Positions 58,518 through 64,000 of a DNA stretch of 64,000 nt are shown here, piece after piece. Every line of letters starts with the position of its first letter. Position 1 is the first letter of the stretch. The translations under genes and the position numbers were made by a program. The notes under the pieces were generated by a model. That model worked only from the letters and a program-made list of their open reading frames with translations. It was not told the origin of the DNA and made no database searches. The stretch comes from an uncultured Desulfospira sp. (lineage in GTDB: Bacteria; Desulfobacterota; Desulfobacteria; Desulfobacterales; Desulfobacteraceae), in contig OY760175.1 in NCBI GenBank assembly GCA_963663165.1, positions 4,992,001 through 5,056,000 on the forward strand. The letters are read 5' to 3'.

Positions 58518-60194
58518 TTATGGTAAGTCCCGGTGAGTGGAATGGAGGCTTTTGTCATGGATGATGTTCCACGTCAAATTATATGATTTTAAGTACTTAT
58601 TAAGTCTTGAAGTGTCGTCTGAAGTTTTTTTCCTTTTCCGGGAACAGGAAAACAATCGTATACCTGCCTCGGAACGGGTGGTGCTGTCCATACAGACCTT
58701 TATGGTGCTTTCCAGTTGAATTTTTTCAAACAAATCCAGTTCCCTTGCAATTTCCAAAGAAAAGAGATCAATCAAAGGGAAATGGGATTTGGGTTTATCC
58801 GTCAAAATTGATGAACCGGTATTTTTGTTTTTCCATAAAGCAGAGAGCAGATCAATCTCTTTTTGGACAATGTTGTCGTCGATGACACCATGGAATGAAT
58901 ATGTGATCATTCGTTCCAGCGAACCTAAAAGACTCCTGAAATTATTCGGCCACACAGCATACTTTGATGAGGCAAAGGTCAAATAGGTTTTCCTGGCGGA
59001 GGGAAGGAATTCGGCAAAGATTCCTCTTTCTTCGGCTATGCGTTGCAGTTCATAATCAATATTCGGCTCAATGTCCTCGGGGCGCTGGCGCAAGGAGGGA
59101 AGTTCAAAATGCCAGAGATTGATCCGGGAAAGCAGATCCCCACGAAAGTGTCCGGCTGAAACCGCCACAGAAAGGTCTTGGTTGGTTGCACAGATAAGCT
59201 GGAAGTTGCTGTTTACTTCCGTATCCGACCCAAACGGGATGAAACGTTTTTCCTCTATTGCCTTTAGCAGCATGACCTGCATGTCCACAGACAGTTCTCC
59301 GATTTCGTCAAGAAATAAAATACCATTGTCCGCAGTCCGTAAAAGCCCTTTGCGGTTTATGATGGCGCCAGTATAGGACCCTTTTACATGACCAAAAAGC
59401 GTTGACATGGCGCTAACTCCGTGCAGGGTTGCGCAGTTTATTTCCACGAACCCGCCTGAAACCATGCCCCGCTGAACACGCAGCTCATAAATTTTCCGGG
59501 CAAGTTTGGATTTTCCCGACCCTGTTGGACCGGAAAACAACATCGGGGCAATGGAGTGGGTCGCCACGTGTTCAATGTCCTTTATCAACGAGTTGAAGGC
59601 GTGGTTTTTTGTTTTTATGGATGATTTCAGATAGTCCAGTGAGTCGGTCCTTTTCCGTTCAAAGGAACCGAGTTCGGAGATCCATTTGCTGACGGCACAA
59701 TCATAAATTTCAATTTTTTTTTCGTGGTCCCGAACACCATGTTTCTGGGGTGAGCGAAGGTGAAGAATTTTCAGTGGAAGTTTGCGCGCGTTGATGAGGG
59801 TCGCAAGCATGAACGCATGGAGGAAAAGATTGCCCGGCCCGAAATGAAAATAGTAATCTTCTTTTTGGGTATTAAAGGTAAAACCTTCAAAATAATGGCA
59901 GAAAAATCGGTAAAATTCACCGATATTTGACGATGAAAAATCCTGGTTCAAGGTTGACGGGACCGGTGTGATTTCAGACTCAGGAGATATCTCCAGCAAG
60001 TCGTTTTGAAGCGTTTCTATATTTTTTATCTGGGAGGCGCTGACAAAATAGTTCAGCTTGCGGATAAAAAAATTTTTCACACCCATCAGTTCAGTCAATG
60101 GACGCCATTGTTTCCATCGGTTCTGATCCGTGGCCATGTCATGATCTTTGGAAATGGTGCTGAATACGACGATGTCTTTTTCGATGGTTTCCAC
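58518..60194 (-). CDS. rtcR: RtcR-like sigma54-dependent activator (N-terminal RtcR/CARF domain, AAA+, HTH)
   Basis: RW..WRP, ISPE, F...KEDY..H, LKS.I.T.N..FN..I, GPTGSGKS, NCATL.G..AMSTLFGHVKGSYTGA, RINLW.F.LP, LDLF...QL, RL.KYL...LTW, colinear with remembered E. coli RtcR; GTG start. Confidence 0.85.
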   Translation of the reverse strand: METIEKDIVVFSTISKDHDMATDQNRWKQWRPLTELMGVKNFFIRKLNYFVSASQIKNIETLQNDLLEISPESEITPVPSTLNQDFSSSNIGEFYRFFCHYFEGFTFNTQKEDYYFHFGPGNLFLHAFMLATLINARKLPLKILHLRSPQKHGVRDHEKKIEIYDCAVSKWISELGSFERKRTDSLDYLKSSIKTKNHAFNSLIKDIEHVATHSIAPMLFSGPTGSGKSKLARKIYELRVQRGMVSGGFVEINCATLHGVSAMSTLFGHVKGSYTGAIINRKGLLRTADNGILFLDEIGELSVDMQVMLLKAIEEKRFIPFGSDTEVNSNFQLICATNQDLSVAVSAGHFRGDLLSRINLWHFELPSLRQRPEDIEPNIDYELQRIAEERGIFAEFLPSARKTYLTFASSKYAVWPNNFRSLLGSLERMITYSFHGVIDDNIVQKEIDLLSALWKNKNTGSSILTDKPKSHFPLIDLFSLEIARELDLFEKIQLESTIKVCMDSTTRSEAGIRLFSCSRKRKKTSDDTSRLNKYLKSYNLTWNIIHDKSLHSTHRDLP

Positions 60195-60450
60195 CTTTTA
60201 CGCCCTTTTAACAAAAAATCATTAACCGGCAAGAGTGCCAAATCAAGGCAAACCCAATCACGCCGGTTAGGCAATCTGATTGTTTCAACCCAATAACAAG
60301 ACGCGGCTTCAACAATAAGTTACTGGCAATGGCCTTATTTTTTACAGAATATTTTCTGATTGTACAGAATTATTTCCGGTGTCATATGCGGGTGATAAGT
60401 TCGTCTATCGTAATATATCGTTATTATTGGATAATATTATATCAACGAAA

Positions 60451-60466
60451 CGGCATATATTTTGCT
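60451..60466 (+). promoter_or_regulatory. sigma54 promoter of flavoprotein-ferredoxin-TRAP operon
   Basis: CGGCATATATTTTGCT, GG-N10-GC spacing, ~70 nt before the ATG. Confidence 0.7.
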
Positions 60467-60535
60467 ATTTTTATAAGTACAAGCCCATACCGGCAAGGTT
60501 AATAAGTTGTGCCGTAATTGAAATAAGGAGGTGCT

Positions 60536-62188
60536 ATGCAAGTTACGAAAAAGAACTGGGGGAATTTGTATGAAGTAGATGTGCTGATTCTCGGAACCGG
60601 CGCTTCAGGAATGGGGGCTGCTTTACAGGCGTCAGAACAGCAAGCCGACGTGCTTATGGCAGGCAAGGGAACCTTGGAGAGTTCCGGCTCATTAGGGGGC
60701 GGAAATGATCATTTCATGGCCATTCTGGATACGGATGAGCCAAATGACAACAAGGAAGCTTTTGTAAATTTTTACATGAAATCGGCTTTTGGCTATAAGA
60801 AAGAGCAGTTAGAGCAATGGCATGCCGCCATAAAACCCTGCCTGAAAACCCTTGATGAAGTTGGAACTAAATACTTACTCAAGCCCGATGGAACACGATT
60901 CAGGTCTGTCGGTTTTGGCCAGCCCGGCGCATGGTGGTTGAACATCATCAACGGAAAAACCATCAAACGCAATTTGGCCAAAAAAATTCGGAGCCTGGAT
61001 GTCAATGTCCTGGATAACTTTCAAATCACCAGAATGTTCACAAATGAAGGGCAGTTTACCGGATGTATGGGATTCGATATCTTGAGCGGCGAAGTCAGTG
61101 CCATCCAGTGCAAGGCGGCAGTAAACTGCCTGGGATGGCACGCCCAGCGGGTTACCAACAATTCGACATACAATCCCTTTAACTGCTGGTTTACGCCCTT
61201 CACTACCGGCAGCTATCTTGTACAGCCGTACGAAATAGGGGCATCCATTATCAACGCTGATATTGCGACCCGCGCAACCCTCCTGCCGAAAGGATGGGGG
61301 GCACCCGGAATGAACGGGATCAATAACATGGGGGGACACGAACTCAATGCGCTTGGAGAACGTTTCATGGGTAAATATGACCCAATGATGGAAAACGGAA
61401 AGCGGATTAACCAGGTTTTGGGAACCTATCAAGAGCAGATTGAGGGCAAGGGCCCCCCATTTTACATGGACATGCGGCACTTTACAGAAGAAGAAGCCCA
61501 CCACCTGCAATATGTACTGATGCCTGCAGACAAAGAAACGTATCTGGATTACTGCAAAGCCCGTAATATCGATTTTAAGAAAACGCTTCTCGAAGTGGAG
61601 GTTGGCGAACTCAGCCTGTCAGGGATGCTGGTTGCAGATGAGCGCATGGAAACTTCCGTAAAAGGGCTTTTTGCAGGATGCAATTTTACAAGTTTTTCAG
61701 GAGCGATGTGCGGCGGTTATGTTGCCGGATTTCACGCTGTCAATGCCGCCCGGGAGACCGCCATTGGCCAGCTGGGTGAAAATGAGATAATGGATGAAAA
61801 ATCCCGGGCCATGGCCCCGCTTGGCCGAAAGCTGTCAAATGCTTTTTCCCAGCTTGATTTTGAAAATCCGATACGGCAGGTCATGGATTATTATGGGAAG
61901 TACCGGCGCAATATGGCCGGAATGTCCCTGGCGTTGGAAAAGCTTTCCCTGATTGATAGCTACAAGGAGCGGGTCAGTGTAAAAAATTTGCATGAGCTTA
62001 TGCGCCTGCACGAGTCATACGACATTCTTGCGTTGTGCCGGATCCATTTGCATGCCTGCCTGCAACGCAAGGAAAGCGGGCGCGGGATGTTTCAAGTTTC
62101 GGATTACCCCGATTTGGATCCTGAATTATCCAAGGGACTCGTGGTTCAGAAAAAGAACGGCGAACCTGTATATTCATGGAGCAGCTAA
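60536..62188 (+). CDS. FAD-dependent oxidoreductase, AprA/SdhA/NadB superfamily (APS reductase alpha-like)
   Basis: DVLILGTGASG..AA, SGS..GG.DH, N.LGERFM..Y, TSV.GLFA, R.ESG...DYP. Confidence 0.82.
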   Translation: MQVTKKNWGNLYEVDVLILGTGASGMGAALQASEQQADVLMAGKGTLESSGSLGGGNDHFMAILDTDEPNDNKEAFVNFYMKSAFGYKKEQLEQWHAAIKPCLKTLDEVGTKYLLKPDGTRFRSVGFGQPGAWWLNIINGKTIKRNLAKKIRSLDVNVLDNFQITRMFTNEGQFTGCMGFDILSGEVSAIQCKAAVNCLGWHAQRVTNNSTYNPFNCWFTPFTTGSYLVQPYEIGASIINADIATRATLLPKGWGAPGMNGINNMGGHELNALGERFMGKYDPMMENGKRINQVLGTYQEQIEGKGPPFYMDMRHFTEEEAHHLQYVLMPADKETYLDYCKARNIDFKKTLLEVEVGELSLSGMLVADERMETSVKGLFAGCNFTSFSGAMCGGYVAGFHAVNAARETAIGQLGENEIMDEKSRAMAPLGRKLSNAFSQLDFENPIRQVMDYYGKYRRNMAGMSLALEKLSLIDSYKERVSVKNLHELMRLHESYDILALCRIHLHACLQRKESGRGMFQVSDYPDLDPELSKGLVVQKKNGEPVYSWSS

Positions 62189-62214
62189 AATATTTTTACA
62201 TGAAAGGAATTAAA

Positions 62215-62427
62215 ATGCCTCCTGTATTTAAAGATGAAGAATGTATCCGTTGCGGTATGTGCGTTCGCGACTGCCCGGCGTATATTTTGGAGATGGATGA
62301 CAGTAACGGGGACTTGCCGCATGTAATAGAGGAATACAAGCTCGAATGCTGGCACTGTGGAAACTGCCGAATCAGTTGCCCAAACAATGCCATTACGTTT
62401 GAGTTCCCCCTTTATACTTTGGTGTAA
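62215..62427 (+). CDS. 2x[4Fe-4S] ferredoxin (AprB-like)
   Basis: MPP...CIRCGMCVRDCP ... ECWHCGNCRISCP..AI. Confidence 0.88.
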   Translation: MPPVFKDEECIRCGMCVRDCPAYILEMDDSNGDLPHVIEEYKLECWHCGNCRISCPNNAITFEFPLYTLV

Positions 62428-62466
62428 GACAAACAATCTGCCATACCGAAAAAGGAGACCGAGAAA

Positions 62467-63552
62467 ATGAAAAAGTTTTGCGTATTGGGAATTTTTATTA
62501 TCATTATGGCCTTTTCCATTACGGTTCCGCTCCATGCGGCACCGGATTTTATCCTCTCTTTTAACCTGGCAATCCCCCCGATTCACAACCGGTGGAATAT
62601 GGCCCTGAAACCTTGGGCAGAAGAAATCATGAAGCGCAGTGAAGGCCGCATTCTCATTGAACCCTATTTTGCCCAGGCCCTGAGCAAACAAGAAGAAGTG
62701 GCTGAGTCGGTCCGGTCAGGCGTAGCCGATATCGGGGAAGCGACTTTTACGGTACGCGGGTTGGGAAGGTTCCCTTTTCATGAACAGCTGATTAATTTAA
62801 CAAAACCCAGCAATTGTACCCGTGATGCAGCCAGCCTTGTCAAAGAACTCCACAACGCATTCCCTAAAGAGGCAATGGGGGATGTGGCAGGGACCAAACT
62901 ATTGTTTTTAGAAGGCCATTCGGTGGGGATGCTAATCGGCTCCAGCAAGAAGCCGGTAAAGACATTGGAAGACCTGAAGGGGTTAAAGCTGGGGGTGTCC
63001 GGTGGGGGAATCCGTCTGGAACGGGCCAAAAAACTGGGCGCAACCGTGGTCGGCATTACGGTTCCGGACATGTATATGTCCATTGAAAAAGGCATTATTG
63101 ACGGCGCTGTCGTTGACTGTGAGTTGCTAGTTTCCCGGAAACTGGGTGATGTCATCAAACACTTGACGCTTATAAACATGGGGGGCAGTGTTTTTTACTG
63201 TGTAATGAACCAGGATACATTTGACCGAATGCCTCCGGATTTGCAAAAAATTATTGATGATGTTTCCCGGGAGGTCGCACCAAAACTATTTTATAACTTT
63301 TGGGAAAGGATGCAATATGTAAGCCTTGAAAAATGGGAAAAGGAAATGGGCGGAAAGCTCTATATGCTGTCTGATGCGGATTATGCCAAAGCGGATGAAC
63401 TGGTTGAGCCGACCTTTACCGAATGGGTTAAATTTTCAAAAACAAAAGGCCTGCCTGCTGAGGCTATTTTGAAAAAGTATCGGGAGCTTGAGAGCCGTTT
63501 CATGGAACCTTGGGCAAAATCAAAAGCGGCCCAGTTTGTAACCGGAGGATAG
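62467..63552 (+). CDS. dctP: TRAP transporter substrate-binding protein
   Basis: Signal peptide, S.GR..I, G.ADI, PV..LEDLKGLK, LGA, Y..IEKG.IDG, MN......MP.DLQ. Confidence 0.88.
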   Translation: MKKFCVLGIFIIIMAFSITVPLHAAPDFILSFNLAIPPIHNRWNMALKPWAEEIMKRSEGRILIEPYFAQALSKQEEVAESVRSGVADIGEATFTVRGLGRFPFHEQLINLTKPSNCTRDAASLVKELHNAFPKEAMGDVAGTKLLFLEGHSVGMLIGSSKKPVKTLEDLKGLKLGVSGGGIRLERAKKLGATVVGITVPDMYMSIEKGIIDGAVVDCELLVSRKLGDVIKHLTLINMGGSVFYCVMNQDTFDRMPPDLQKIIDDVSREVAPKLFYNFWERMQYVSLEKWEKEMGGKLYMLSDADYAKADELVEPTFTEWVKFSKTKGLPAEAILKKYRELESRFMEPWAKSKAAQFVTGG

Positions 63553-63678
63553 ATAAAAGGGAATAGATTTTGGCGGCAAAAAGGCAACAAACGAAGCGCT
63601 TATGGTTTTAGACGCAACCGCCATTTAAACCGTAGCACAATCGAAAAAGCACCGGGAATTTCTTTTAGGAGGAACATC

Positions 63679-64000
63679 ATGGAGATGCATCATCAAATGT
63701 CGAATTTTTCCCGTAAACAAGATCCATTGCATACAATTGTTCTTGCTGTTCGTGCATTGAAAAAAATTCAGCCGCTGTGCAAGTGGCTGAGTACCATCGG
63801 CATGTATTTTTTCTTGATCATGGTGGCCATTACGTTCCTGGATGTGTTTCTTCGGTATTTTTTCTCCAGTCCGTTAAGCGGGACTATTGAGCTAACTGAA
63901 TTCTTTATGGTCGTGGTGTTCTTTTCATCCGTTGCCTATACTCATTGGATCGGCGGCCATATCTCAATGGATATCATTACGGGAAGGCTTCCCCCTGAAA
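63679..64000 (+). CDS. dctQ: TRAP transporter small permease (DctQ or DctQM fusion), runs off window
   Basis: Manual translation from ATG 63679 (AGGAGG RBS): DVFLRYFFSSPLSGTIELTE..AY...GGHISMD. Confidence 0.8.
   Translation, partial: MEMHHQMSNFSRKQDPLHTIVLAVRALKKIQPLCKWLSTIGMYFFLIMVAITFLDVFLRYFFSSPLSGTIELTEFFMVVVFFSSVAYTHWIGGHISMDIITGRLPPE

Overview
64-kb window from a Desulfobacteraceae-like (sulfate-reducing deltaproteobacterial) chromosome; the taxonomy is inferred from gene content only. The first ~38.7 kb is mostly core metabolism: Moco maturation genes, queDEC, tsaA, argC, hemC/cobA-hemD/moaA, a sigma54-driven liv ABC operon, a lexA-DUF72-imuB-dnaE2 mutagenesis cassette, sigma54-driven amt, EF-hand and TPR proteins, amino-acid catabolism genes and ssb. 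The last ~25 kb is visibly more AT-rich and accessory. It holds an autotransporter bracketed by a duplicated thermonuclease 3' end, and two divergent AraC + TonB-receptor modules. One receptor is split by a Mutator-like IS carrying a DUF4338/DruA-like passenger, and an IS1634 sits between the two AraC genes. ZinT, methyltransferase and SBP genes follow, then an RtcR-like sigma54 activator that faces an AprA/AprB-like flavoprotein-ferredoxin pair plus TRAP transporter instead of rtcBA. Intergenic DNA carries at least four dispersed repeat families, including a ~90-bp tandem unit with clear compensatory base changes. No rRNA, tRNA or CRISPR array was seen. All protein assignments are by eye from motifs and remembered family sequences; no search was run.
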